Below are positions 40,656-54,431 of a stretch of 64,000 nt of DNA, piece by piece. Where the stretch lies: NCBI GenBank assembly GCA_951406725.2, contig OX597831.1, positions 40,176,001 to 40,240,000 of the forward strand, given 5' to 3'. The stretch comes from Octopus vulgaris. Taxonomy: Eukaryota. The position numbers and the translations under genes are program-made. The first letter of the stretch is position 1. Each line of letters opens with the position of its first letter. The notes under the pieces were generated by a model. That model saw only the letters and a program-made list of their open reading frames with translations, was not told the DNA's origin and searched no databases.

Positions 40656-40721
40656 CATATATATGTATATATATATGTATATATATGTATATATATATAT
40701 GTATATATATATATGTATATA

Positions 40722-40779
<58 letters not shown>

Positions 40780-40784
40780 TATAC

Positions 40785-40836
<52 letters not shown>

Positions 40837-41141
40837 TAGATAAACTTAGATATGTTTCGACCAAAGATTGGTCCAGGCCATGTCTAACTTAATAGCACCA
40901 CATATATATATATATATGTATGCATGCATGCATGTATGCGTGTGTGTGTATGTTTGTGCGTGCGTGCGTGCGTGCATATGTTTGAAATGATTGCATATAT
41001 TCATTCACATGACATAAATTTATCGATAAATATTCTTGACAAAAAACTCAACAGCCCGAAGTATTCAGTTTGAAAGTCGCCAGTCGATAAATCAACTTAT
41101 TTCATTTTCAGTTCAGTCTGCGTGTATTTACGAGCATATGC

Positions 41142-41195
<54 letters not shown>

Positions 41196-41324
41196 GTGTG
41201 TGTGTGTGTATGTATTTCTGTGTGTATGTATGTATGTATGCATATATGTTTGCATGTATGAATGTAAATGTGAACGTATACGGTACCTTCTTACAGTTCG
41301 CGTCTCTCTGCACGCATACACACG

Positions 41325-41398
<74 letters not shown>

Positions 41399-41417
41399 CA
41401 TGTTTGTATATATAACT

Positions 41418-41509
<92 letters not shown>

Positions 41510-41862
41510 ATGTATGTATATATGAGTTGTACTTCTCTCTATAAAGGAAACCACTAATGAACAACGACAATACATGTATATCTGAATTTCAAGACCACTC
41601 GGAATGGCACAAAGCCAAATCGCTTGAAAGCCTACCAGAAATACATTGCTGTACATTGGTAAAAATCTCTCTTTCTCACACACACACACACACCTACACA
41701 CACACACACCTACACACACACACATATAGATGTAGGTACTCATATGTATTCGTTGTACATATATGTAAAGTTTTATAAATATATTTATAAATATGTATAT
41801 GTATATATATGTATTTATATATAACCCTATATGTATACATGCAATGTATTTATCCAATATCA

Positions 41863-41904
<42 letters not shown>

Positions 41905-41907
41905 TTG

Positions 41908-41938
<31 letters not shown>

Positions 41939-42281
41939 ATATATGTATATATATATATATATATATACAAACAAGTGCACTGACATACATGCACACACAC
42001 ACATATGCGCATACACATACAAACACACCAGACTGAAACCTGCGAAAGAATTCATGTATAAACGTGTGTATATGTACTACGTGCATATGAATGTGTGTGT
42101 TTGTATATATTATATATGTGTGTGTGTTAATGTGCATGTGTATATATATTTATTGATTTTTCTTTCTATCTATCTATCTATTTATCTATATATATATATA
42201 TATATATAATATTTTCTGTATTTTATTTATACAGGTACGTATATAGGTACGTTTACATATGTGTATATATAGGTACGTCTA

Positions 42282-42327
<46 letters not shown>

Positions 42328-42489
42328 GACGTACCTATATACACGCAGCATTCATATGCACCATACTGATATGTTTACATGACAAAGAAAACAAGTTGCG
42401 TCCATATGCAGATAAATAATTCTTCTTTTGATCGTAAGAAAAATACACGTAATTTTTATGAATTTTGGTTTCCAATGCGGCCGCCATAG

Positions 42490-42747
42490 GCAGCGTCGTC
42501 GTCGTTGTCACCATCGACATCATCATCATCATTATCGTCATAGCCGTTGGCATCGTCAGCGGCACCACCAGTACCAGAAGCCCCACCACCCATCATCATC
42601 ATCGTCGTCATCATCGTCATCATCATCGTCGTCATCATCACCATCATCATCATCATCATCATCATCATAATCACAATCGTCGTCGCCGTCGTCAACATCA
42701 TCATCACCATCATCATCATCACCATCATCATCATCGCCATCGCCATT

Positions 42748-42785
<38 letters not shown>

Positions 42786-42870
42786 AACCACCACCACCAC
42801 CACTACCATCATCATCATGATCATCATGATTATCATGGCCATGTTCTTCATCGCCCCCACCACCACCACC
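42490..42870. repeat. Imperfect (CAT/CGT/CAC)n trinucleotide block
   Basis: Directly visible; gives poly-His/Ile/Ser/Met/Asp ORFs in all frames. Confidence 0.9.
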
Positions 42871-43440
42871 CCGCTTACATGCCACCAGTCGTAGTATCAT
42901 TGCTTGTTTGTGCCAACAATCCTCTCTGCCAAAATTTTAAATATTTTCTCTATTTTATTTATTTGCTTTCCTTGTTTGTTTTTGCTTTTTGTATTTTTTT
43001 TTTTTTGTGATTCGTCCATTTCCAAAACATTCGATTTTTTTATTGATAAATATTCCATTTATTTATATATTTCTTATTTATTGATTTCTTTGTTTATTGA
43101 TATTTTTGTGATTATTTTTTATATTCTTCTCGTACTCATAGTCGTCGTCGTTGTTGTTGTTGATTAGCCTAAGGGTCATCCCTGATCAAACAAATGTATG
43201 ATTAAAAGTATTCCAGCTGTGACTGTTGTGTAATTTTCTTATTATTCAAAGACTATTCATCTTAGGCAATGTTTTGTTCAAAGTTGCTCCAGCATGGCCG
43301 TAGTCAAATGACTGAAACACGTAAAAAAATAAATAACACGATGGCCACATAGTTTTGCTTGACTAGAAGAGAAGAAGGAAACGACTTGTTATACTGCCGA
43401 TAATTAGACACCATATCGGGCCTTTGAGAGTATGATGGCG

Positions 43441-44076
43441 CAGTGGTTCTCAACTAATTTATGGCCCATGGACACTAGGCGTGGCTGTATGGGAAATATT
43501 TGCTTCCCGGTCACATGGCCCCGGGTTCAGTCCCACTACGTAGTACTTTGAGCAAATGTCTTCTGCTATAGACTCGGGCCGAAGCCTTGTGAGTGGATGT
43601 GGTAGACAGAAACTGAAAGAGGAGAGTACGTCGCCTATGTGTGTGTATGTGTGTGCGTGCGTGTGTGTATGTATATATATGTGTGTGGCTTCGTGTCTCT
43701 GTTTGTCCCCCACCACCGCTTGACAACCGGTGTTGACGCATTTATGTCCCTGTAAATTATCCGTTCGGCAAAATACACCGGCAGCATAATTACCAGGCTT
43801 CAAAATAAGTACAGGGCGTCGGTTAGTTCGACTAAAAATTCCTCAAAGCGTTGCATCAGCTGGCCGCAGTCTAATGAGTGAAACAAGTAAAAGAGTAAAA
43901 AAAAATAAAAGAATATTATATCTTCATAATTAAATATTAGGAAATCTAATTAAAAAATTGCTAAGATAATTTTGTGCATTGTAGATGTATAAGCAATTTG
44001 TTGCTCATAAACTTTTACGACAAAATCTTATACCCACCTCCAAGGGTCATAAGGGAATCTCGGATGAAGACCACTG
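43441..44076. mobile_element. hAT/Charlie-like MITE with a nested SINE A (43477-43910, +)
   Basis: CAGTGGTTCTCAAC ... GATGAAGACCACTG terminal repeats; the TSD is not recognisable. Confidence 0.55.
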
Positions 44077-44555
44077 CTATAGAGAATCATTTTGAAATTA
44101 TTGAGTTGTCAGATAAATTCGATCGCTTTTTTCTCCTTACTTGGCACATCATCATCATCGTGGTCGTCGTCGTCAATAAAAGCAGATACTCAGGAGTGTG
44201 AGGCTGAGCGAGAATGGAAGCGCAAACTCACAAGAGGAAGAACAGAAAGTAAAAAGTAAGGGAAGGTAAAAATATATGGAGGAGGCGGAGAAGGAGGAAC
44301 ATGCAGTAAAGCTTGTGACACCACCGTGCCATTAGTTATCGAATTCTTTTAGAAAGAGAATAAGAGAATAAGGGAATGAAATGACTAATGACACGGTGGC
44401 TTCACAAGTTCTACTGTTCTCTCTCTGCCTCGCTTTCTCTGGTTTTTGAAATGTATCTTCGTACATAAAATAATAGGATGATTAATTGAATTACGTTCAG
44501 GTAGCGAGTTACTACCAAAATCTTGTGTATATATCTGCGTCATTATGTGTGCGTG

Positions 44556-44628
<73 letters not shown>

Positions 44629-45029
44629 GTGCATTTGTGTGTGAACGGAAATATATATTTCCTGGTTGTCTGTGAATTTCAAGCCATCTTACAGTTTTCA
44701 AAATAACCATGAAATTACCACGGATACTGATAACAATAAATTAATTGAAAAACTTGTCAGTACAGCTCTATTTATGCAAATCATATTTGCCGATTTAGCG
44801 TAGACATTTGATTTAGTGGCTGTCAATAGCTGTTAGCTGTATATACCCAACAAATAGTACCAACCCAGGGCGGTGGACGGGCAGAACTATAAGAACGGCG
44901 GACTAGATACCTTGTGGTATTTACCCCGAGTTTGAATCGGGATTGGTCTCTGGTTTGAAAATACCTCCCTCCTTCCTTCCCAGCAGTTTCGGAAGCTCTG
45001 TGAAGGATCAATTAAGTTACCTTCCTGAG

Positions 45030-45258
45030 GTTGACCCATGTTGACTCATAAGGGCCCATTACCCGATTTCCATGGCGTATATGTTCCCCACCTGGACGGG
45101 ATGCCAGTCTGTCGTAGGATTACTCATTTTTGCCAGCTGAGTGGACTGGAGCAACGCGAAATGAAGTGTTTTGCTTAATAACACAATACATCGCCCGCTC
45201 CAGGCAGCGAAACCGCAATCTTACGATCATGAGTCCAACACCCTAACCACTAAGCCAC
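45030..45258 (-). mobile_element. SINE family E variant
   Basis: TACTCATTTTTGCCAGCTGAGTGGACTGGAGCAACG and CCCTAACCACTAAGCCAC are identical to 36330-36462; the 3' part resembles 12715-12800. Confidence 0.8.
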
Positions 45259-45309
45259 TTGGAGTAACTGTAAGGATACTAGACCGGATGTTTTATGTAA
45301 TTTATCAGA

Positions 45310-45364
<55 letters not shown>

Positions 45365-45804
45365 CTCTCTCTCTCTCTCTGCATTCCACCAGTCACAGAA
45401 ACCAAATGGAAGATTATGAACACTGCCGCTCCTCTTGGCTGAAAGGTAACTTCCATGAGCAGGGGAAGTACGCTTCGTAGTTATTGAAAAAGTTCCCAAA
45501 TAGAACCAAAACCTTCTCAAGTCATTTTCTCTTTTTTTTTTTTGTCCACAGAAAGGTTAATAAGTATATATTTATTTAAATTTGTAGTATTAAGTACCAC
45601 ACCGTTAAAATAAAATTAAATCGATGGCTATAACACAATGTAAACCTTACAACGTATTTCAAATCAACCAATCAAATCCGAGTGTTTACCGCGGTAGTAA
45701 TTAACAGCTATACTAGCAATTTGTCGGATGTTAGACGCAAATTTATAAAAATCTATGAATCTTCTAATATAATAACGAGCGAAGTGTTTTTATATATTTG
45801 TATG

Positions 45805-45837
<33 letters not shown>

Positions 45838-45842
<5 letters not shown>

Positions 45843-45997
45843 GTTGGTAAGTAGCTTGCTTACCAACCACATGGTTCCGGGCTCAGTCCCACTGCGTGGC
45901 ATCTTGGGCAAGTGTCTTCTGCTATAGCCTCGGGCCGACCAGTGCCTTGTGAGTGGATTTGGTAGACGGAAACTGAAACAAGTAAAAGAGTAAAAGA

Positions 45998-45998
<1 letters not shown>
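45838..45998 (+). mobile_element. SINE family A with an internal deletion
   Basis: The head and core run straight into the tail at GGAAACTGAAA|CAAGTAAAAGAG. Confidence 0.85.
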
Positions 45999-46059
<61 letters not shown>

Positions 46060-46651
46060 CCAGAATCACGTAGGACGCAGAGGAGGAGAGAAAATAGTAA
46101 GTCAGTGAAGGAAAAGTAGTGAGAGTAATAGCCCTGACTGAGAGGGAGTGAGAGAAAGTAATAGCAAGAAAGGAAGGGGTGATAGATGAATTAGGAAGGA
46201 AGAGGTGAAAAAACATCAGCGTTTCAACTCTGTGTGAGTATATGTGTGCGCGTTCAAGGGAAGTATGTGAATATTTGAATGTGTGATTATTATGTACCTT
46301 ATTTGGTACCTTATTTATATATAAAATGCCACAATTAGCCGTTATTACTGACGACGCGTGGTCGGCTAGCTATAGAATATATAAAATATAACGTAATATA
46401 ATTTTCCCAGAAGGTTAAATTAGCTTAAAATTTTGTTTTTAAGCTAATTAATATACATAAATATACTTTTCTCAAAATTAGTATTCATTTCATCGTTTTG
46501 AATAAGAACCATGAAATGTGATAACAGCTTAATTATAATTATTGTATGATTACCATATTTTCTCATGTTATGCATGCTGATGAAAATATACTAACCGTAA
46601 CATGACGAATAACACTCTAGTATACACACACACATACATAACTATATGTAT

Positions 46652-46703
<52 letters not shown>

Positions 46704-47311
46704 GAGCACGCGCGTGTATGTATGTATTTAAAAGTTTTGGAAAAAATACTTGATACAGCTACAATATTTGAGAAAAGATTTCGTTGAAAGTTATTAACTA
46801 TTTTTTAAAAATCATAGAAATACAGAATGACACGAATCTTTTTTGGAAAGTTTGCGTATTGTAAGCATTTTTTGTTTTTTCTCCTCTCTCCATCTGTTTT
46901 CTCCCCCTCATTCCTTTCCGTAAAAGGGCGCGGGCTCGAAACATCAAATTCTTTTCCCCTTTTCCTGAGCGTCAAACTAATATATCCTGTGTATTGTTTC
47001 CTCACCTGTCACAGGGGTCGATGTAATCGACTTACATCTCCCTCGAAATTGCTGGCTTTGTGCTAAAATTTGAAACCATTATTATTATTTTCATTGATAA
47101 TAATAAAGCGGTAATCTGGCAGAATGTTTAGTGGTATTTCGGCCGTCCCAACATTCTGACTTCAAATTCCACCGATGTCGATTTAACCTTTCATTCTTTC
47201 GGGATCGGTAAGTACCAGTGAAACACTGGGGTTGTGTAATCGGCGGGTCCCCTCCCCACAAATTATATATATATAATGGCTGTGTGGTAAGTATATATAT
47301 ATATATATATA

Positions 47312-47706
47312 GTGGTTGTGTGGTAAGTAGCTTGCTTAACAACCATATGGCTCCGGGTTCATTCCCACTGCGTGGCACCTTGGGCTAGTGTCTTCTACTA
47401 TAGCTTCGGGCCGACCAAAGCCTTGTGAGTGGATTTGGTAGACGGAAACTGAAAGAAGCCCGTCGTATATATGTGTACATATATGTATGTGTGTGTATAT
47501 GTTTCTGTGACTGTCCCCCCCAACATCACTTAACAACCGATGCTTGTGTGATTACGTCCCCGTAACTTAGCGGTTCGGCAAAAGAGACCGATAGAATAAG
47601 TACTATGCTTACAAAGAATAAGTCCTGGGGTCGATTCGCTCGAATAAAGGCGATGCTCCAGCATGGCCACAATCAATTGACTGAAACAAGTAAAAGAGTA
47701 AAAGAG
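47312..47706 (+). mobile_element. SINE family A (degenerate family B pieces at 47010-47260)
   Basis: Full head, core and tail. Confidence 0.9.
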
Positions 47707-48098
47707 CATATATATATATATATATATATATATACGCACACACAGACATAGGCACGCACATGCACATACACACACATGTATATATTCATGCTGCTCGCGC
47801 GCAGAGCAACGCTTGTCTGCATGCTGAAAGACGTCCATTCACATTCTTATGCACGTGCTCCCACACTTACACTTGACATGGATCATTATTGTGAACTCAT
47901 TAGCTATGTTAGCTATGACGTCACTGGTTCCGTGACTTGTCAAAGGTCTGCATTCATCGTACAGATATATCCTTGACACGTTTATTACAAATGTTTATTA
48001 CGAATGTTTGTATCAATGATAAACAAAATTTCTGAGGGTTATTTCAGTGAAACGGATGAAGAGTGTGAAAAATTTTAATTAAATGCAAATCAGTCTCG

Positions 48099-48174
<76 letters not shown>

Positions 48175-48213
48175 CATATATATATTAATACATAAATATA
48201 TATATATACACAC

Positions 48214-48270
<57 letters not shown>

Positions 48271-48347
48271 CATATGTATATACATATATATATACATATA
48301 TATACATACATACATATATATATATGTATATATATATAAACACACAA

Positions 48348-48394
<47 letters not shown>

Positions 48395-48413
48395 CATATA
48401 CATATATATATAC

Positions 48414-48444
<31 letters not shown>

Positions 48445-48497
48445 CATATATATATAAATATACATACACACACACACACACATATATATATATATGC

Positions 48498-48528
<31 letters not shown>

Positions 48529-49453
48529 CATACATTCATATATATATATATATATACATATAGCAATGAGAAAATGGAGAGGATCAATAGGAGGTAATCA
48601 TCAACTTTTAGACATTATATTATGTATAGCATATGTTTTACATATACAATATATAAAAATACCAGTAATTATTAAGATATGTAACGTAGATCCCAAAAGA
48701 TAGGATAATATCTTACAGCTGTTTCAGTCAAGAGGCCAAAGTACTCCAATCTACTTATATCCTTTCAATGAACTGAAGTATTTGGCAGATAAGATTTAGG
48801 TACTTGGGTATGTCTCTGGGATACGCCAGAGAGTTTAGAAAGTTCATAAGGTTAAGTTATAAATACAAATACATACACATATACACACTTATACATATAC
48901 ATACGTACATATAAACATACATAAACACAATCACATATATTTCTATATTTTTATATTCATATGTATAGGTATATGTATATGCATACCAAGGAATCAATTA
49001 TTATTATTATTATTATTAGGTGTATTATATTATTCTTATTAGATAAAGTATAAACAGAGGAAGGAGAAAGTTATCAAAAGAGAAATAATAGTGGAATATA
49101 AAAACAATATATCCTAAGATTATTGTATTTATGTAGGAATGAAAAGGTATATAGATGAGGAATACATAAATATATGTACAAATACATATATGCACATATA
49201 TACATACATGCAGATATATTTACGTACAAACATAACCATATGTACATACATATTATAGTTGGTACTAAAAAAATTAATTTCCGGGTATATACCCAGACAT
49301 TTATTTCTTTTAGTACCAACTAATATCACAGGTATTAATATAAGCCGTAACCCACTTATTGTGAACCTTTGTCTAAAACCCTCAATAGAAAACATATCAC
49401 ATGTTTATATGAATATATAAAACCCTCAATAGAAAACATATCACATGTTTATA

Positions 49454-49489
<36 letters not shown>

Positions 49490-49907
49490 ACCTTCTTGCA
49501 ACCTGCTGCTACTAAGCCATTCCATTGGTGATAGCCGCCTGTACTACACGTGTCTTCTCTACCGAAAAGGTAACCGCTTCCCACGCTTGCTGATCAATTG
49601 TTTTGTCTCATTTTGTCTCAAAGTCGTATCATTCCTGTTTTTATTCGTTACTGTTTCCAATTTTATCTTCGTCTCTTGTTTTCCTATTCGTCTCGGTTGT
49701 CACATTCTTTCCTTCTACCAAAGAAATCTAATGCCCATAGCTTAGCTTTTCCTTGGGGCTGGCCGTTTTGGAGCAAATCTCAGAATTAAACAGCCGAAAT
49801 TTGTCATGATGAATCGGTTTCTGACTGAAGAATGAAGGCTCTGAATGACTGTCCGTTTTTTCGTGTTTGTCAATTCGTGAATTTCACGTTCTTTATATAT
49901 AAAGTTT

Positions 49908-49970
<63 letters not shown>

Positions 49971-50131
49971 TGTGTATAATTATTATAATTATATAAAGTG
50001 AAAAATACGAACTATTGAAAAATCCTCCCTTCTGAACACATGTAATATGTATGTACATATGGGTATGTTTGTACGTAAATATATATGTATGTATGTATGT
50101 ATATATTATAGCAACGACCTCTGTCTCTCTC

Positions 50132-50541
<410 letters not shown>

Positions 50542-50682
50542 TATATATATAATATATTTCCGGATAAAAATACTTCTCACTTTAAGGGCATTATTCCCTA
50601 GGTTTCCAAGAGTTTTTTATTTATCATACTTTATTTTGGGGCTTCCTTTCATTTCCGTATCTATATATATTTTCTATATTTT

Positions 50683-50832
50683 ATCTAGTCTCAGCTCACG
50701 AGCTGTGGCCATGCTGGGGCACCGCCATCTGGTGTTGCTACATGGTTTTACTTCACGAATGCTTTTTAGCAACTGCCATTTGGTGCATGAGAGAGTTCGA
50801 TGCAGCTGCCCTCATCTGCACCTCCTGCCGTG
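50683..50832 (-). mobile_element. CR1-group LINE 3' tip (same family as 52410-52728)
   Basis: Near-identical to 52433-52582. Confidence 0.85.
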
Positions 50833-50977
50833 AATATATATGAATAAAAATCATTAGATGAATCAATTTATTAGACGGAGTCCAATAAATGTCATCAGAT
50901 ACAAGGAACAGGTTATGATGGAGATATGGATTATTCATTTAATTTCATCCGACAGCTGTTTCTGTTGCAAAATACCA

Positions 50978-51164
50978 TATTTACTCTCTTACTCTTTTAC
51001 TTGTTTCAGTCATTTGACTGCGGCCATGCTGGAGCACCGCCTTTTAGTCGAGCAAGTCGACCCCAGGACTTATTATTTTTTTTTGTAAGCCTAGTATTTA
51101 TTCTATCGGTCTCTTATGCCGAACCGCTAAGTTGTCAAGCGATGTTGGGGGACAAACACATACA

Positions 51165-51200
<36 letters not shown>

Positions 51201-51365
51201 TACGACGGGCTTCTTTCAGTTTCCGTCGACCAAATCCACTCACAAGGCTTTGGTCGGCCCGACGCTATAGTAGAAGACACTTGCCCAAGGTGCCACACAA
51301 TGGGACTGAACCCAGAACAATGTGGTTGGTAGGCAAGCTACTTACCACACAGCCACTCCTGCGCC
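50978..51365 (-). mobile_element. SINE family A
   Basis: Full-length minus-strand copy with a possible TATTT TSD. Confidence 0.9.
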
Positions 51366-52193
51366 TATTTCAGGTAAAAAAAACGGAAGAATAAGTATTT
51401 CCACAAAAGTAATACAGATTATTATATTAAGTCATTATATCAACTCACCAGTGAAATAATTAAATATTTAAATATTTAAAATTAGTACCTTTAGTTTTCT
51501 TTTTTCTGATGATTATATATTAATTCATTTTCTAGCTAATTTATATTTTATTCCTGTCACTCACCTGTTCTGAATTTTAATTAGAAAACGAAATTAATAT
51601 AAATTGATCAGAAAGAAGAAAACTAAAGGTCCTAATTTTAAATATTTAATTATTCAATTATAATCCACTGATGAATTCCAAATAACATCTCCTAATATAA
51701 TAATGAGTGTAGTGTTTTTATATATTTCTGTATGTGTGCTCATACACATATATATGTAAATGTATACACACACACACAGACACACACACACACATGCTCA
51801 CACATATATATTCTGTTGTGTCTGGGGAGAGTCATTTTCTTTTTGTGTCTTATAATTTAACACACTCACCGGTAAGATTTCTACTTGCTTCTTATTTTTA
51901 AAAATTTTTATAGGAAAATAAAAGTATAAATATAAAAATAAGAAATACGTGGAAATTTTACCGCTGAGTGTCTGTGTGTGTATATATATATATGATTTTA
52001 TATTTATATTTAAGTGTTCACTTCCGGACTCTCTCATTCTACGAGAGCCTCAGTTCAAATCGCACTTGTCTTGAATAGGCTGGAGTATTTCTATTTTGGA
52101 TGTATTTGGGGTACTTAATTGTGCTCATGACTTAGTGTTTTGCTTCTTCCATGGGTATGAGTAAGTATCTCATTTATTTCTTTTTGCCACATT

Positions 52194-52246
52194 TATCACT
52201 GATGAAGGGAGGGTTCTTACGAACTAACCCTGAAATCGGTCCGATA
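52194..52246 (+). ncRNA. Candidate type I hammerhead ribozyme motif (weak helix I)
   Basis: TATCA-CTGATGA-[AGGG..GGTTC TTAC GAACT..CCCT]-GAAA-TCGG-TC-CGATA. The core is intact; helix I has an A/C mismatch next to the core. Confidence 0.5.
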
Positions 52247-52409
52247 TGGTAATAATGGAATTTTTTAGAGATTTCTGTCGGCTTTTTTTCGAGTAGCGTG
52301 CATATTGTGAAAAATTATATGGTAATGGACAATATATCCAACTTTTCGGCATATTTGGCATTAGAAATTTTTTCGTTTGCCCTTATTTATAAGTTGTATA
52401 TATATATAT

Positions 52410-52725
52410 GATTGATTGATTGATTGATTGATTCTAGTTTCAGCTCACGAGCTGTGGCCATGCTGGGGCACCGCCATTTGGTGTTGCTACATGGTTTTAC
52501 TTCACGAATGCTTTTTAGCAACTGCCACTTGGTGCATGAGAGAGTTCGATGCAGCTGCCCTCATCTGCACCTCCTGCCGTGAAGTTGGTTCATCTGGGAT
52601 ACCTGACAAGAGATCCAGTTTCATTTTAAAGACATCTGCATCCACCCCATGCAGGTCTCTTAGGTTCTTCGAGAGGATATTGAAGAGCTGTGGGCCTCGG
52701 AAGCCCAGGCTATCACAGTATCTTG

Positions 52726-52728
<3 letters not shown>
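52410..52728 (-). mobile_element. CR1-group LINE 3' end with an (AATC)n tail
   Basis: TRYCDSLGFRGPQLFNILSKNLRDLHGVDADVFKMKLDLLSGIPDEPTSRQEVQMRAAASNSLMHQ; the 3' UTR is shared with SINE A. Confidence 0.85.
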
Positions 52729-52781
<53 letters not shown>

Positions 52782-52942
52782 TTATACATATATATTTATT
52801 TAAAATTCATATGACGAAATAAATTAAAAATTTAAACTTTAAAATCAAATGAAATTAAATTAAGTGATTTAATGTGGTTTTAGAGATAGATTTTGGCTGC
52901 TATTTTCAGCATGGCGGTATCTCGTATTTACCCTAAATTATG

Positions 52943-53046
<104 letters not shown>

Positions 53047-53195
53047 GTGAAATAGAAAGATGAATAATCTTGTAGCAGATTAATCAAAAGTTTAACCGAT
53101 ACCTTGGTAGCAAAAATCACAGCAGAAGACAGCACGGTTGGAGGTACAACCATATGGTGTTGCAACCGTGCGTTGGTGCGGATAATTGAATTTTA

Positions 53196-53365
53196 ATATT
53201 ACTGGTGAATTGAAGAAATGGAGCTGAACGAAGATTGAACAGAAATCGTTTTATTTCATTCTACACGTGTTTCGAAAGGCACATGTGCCTTTCGAAACAC
53301 GTGTAGAATGAAATAAAACGATTTCTGTTCAATCTTCGTTCAGCTCCATTTCTTTAATTCACCAG

Positions 53366-53371
<6 letters not shown>
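53196..53371. repeat. Spacerless 176-bp palindrome (88-bp arms, one mismatch)
   Basis: Centre GGCACA|TGTGCC between 53283 and 53284; arms were checked base by base. Confidence 0.95.
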
Positions 53372-53409
<38 letters not shown>

Positions 53410-53525
53410 CCAGAATCACGCCGGACGAGGAGGGGGAGAGAAAATAGTAATGAGAAAAAGGAAGGGGAATAGATGAATTAAGAAGGAAGGGGTGCAAACA
53501 AATCAGCGATTCAGCTCATTCATAG

Positions 53526-53612
53526 TTCCTACATATGTTTCGAAGAAAGCATTGAAATTATTCCGGAGGGGGTAAAAGTGACGGAAAACAATGCGATCAT
53601 CTCGTCAGGGAA
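53526..53612 (-). ncRNA. Type I hammerhead ribozyme motif (Penelope pLTR-type) with a long helix II
   Basis: Minus strand: TTCC-CTGACGA-[GA..GCATTG...CAATGC..TC]-GAAA-CATATG-TA-GGAA. Intact core, palindromic helix III, GUA cleavage triplet. A mutated inverted copy lies at 53716-53802 (+). Confidence 0.7.
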
Positions 53613-54431
53613 AAAAAAGAGAAACTAAATACATCAGTGAGCCATTTTAACCGACAATGATTACTGAGTATATGATGAAGGGGAACGCTCCTTCATCATA
53701 TATGTTTCTCTTTTTTTCCCTGACGTGATGATTGCATTGTTTTACAGCATTTATATTCCCTCCGGAATAATCTCAATGCTTTCTTCGAAACAGATGCTGG
53801 AAGTGTAAATGATTTGAATAACACCTGCGTTTGACTACATTTCTTAATCTATCTATGTTAAACAAAAACATTTCACTAAACCCTGGAATTTCTACCTTTA
53901 TAAGTAGGCTGTAATATACTAGGCACTTATGTAAATTTTTGCTATCCTAGTAACTATTTATTTTTTCCGTGTTATTTGTACACATTGAGAAAATACACAC
54001 ACACACACTCACACACGCACACACACACATATATTTATTTATGTCTGTGTGTATCTGTGTTTGTCCCCTACCACCGTTTGACAACCGATGTTAGCGTGTT
54101 TACGTCACCGTAACCTAGCAGTTCGGCAAAAAATCCCGATTGAATAAGTACTTGACTTAGAAAGAATAAGTCCTTCGGTCGATTTGTTCGACTAAAACCC
54201 CTTCAAGGCGGTGCTGCAGCATGGCCGGAGTCAAATGACTGCGACGAGTAAAAGAATAAAAAAGAATATGTAACGACAATTATTGAATAAGAAGATAATT
54301 TGGAGAAACGAATTAGTAAGGAACAATTAATTATTACGATGACCGTTTAATTAATATGAAATGATAATGTTGTTTGTATACACAAGGTATTAGTATGTGG
54401 ATGGGGTAAAATATATTCTGTGGATCCTAGG

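Noticed and set aside
42456-43010. Poly-His/Asp-rich ORFs resembling a metal-binding protein
   Set aside because: A trinucleotide microsatellite open in several frames on both strands; no convincing splice or coding context.
44303-44417. Imperfect hairpin (~35-bp arms); also 13132-13183
   Set aside because: Real but diverged inverted repeats, probably old MITE remnants; no TSD or family could be assigned.
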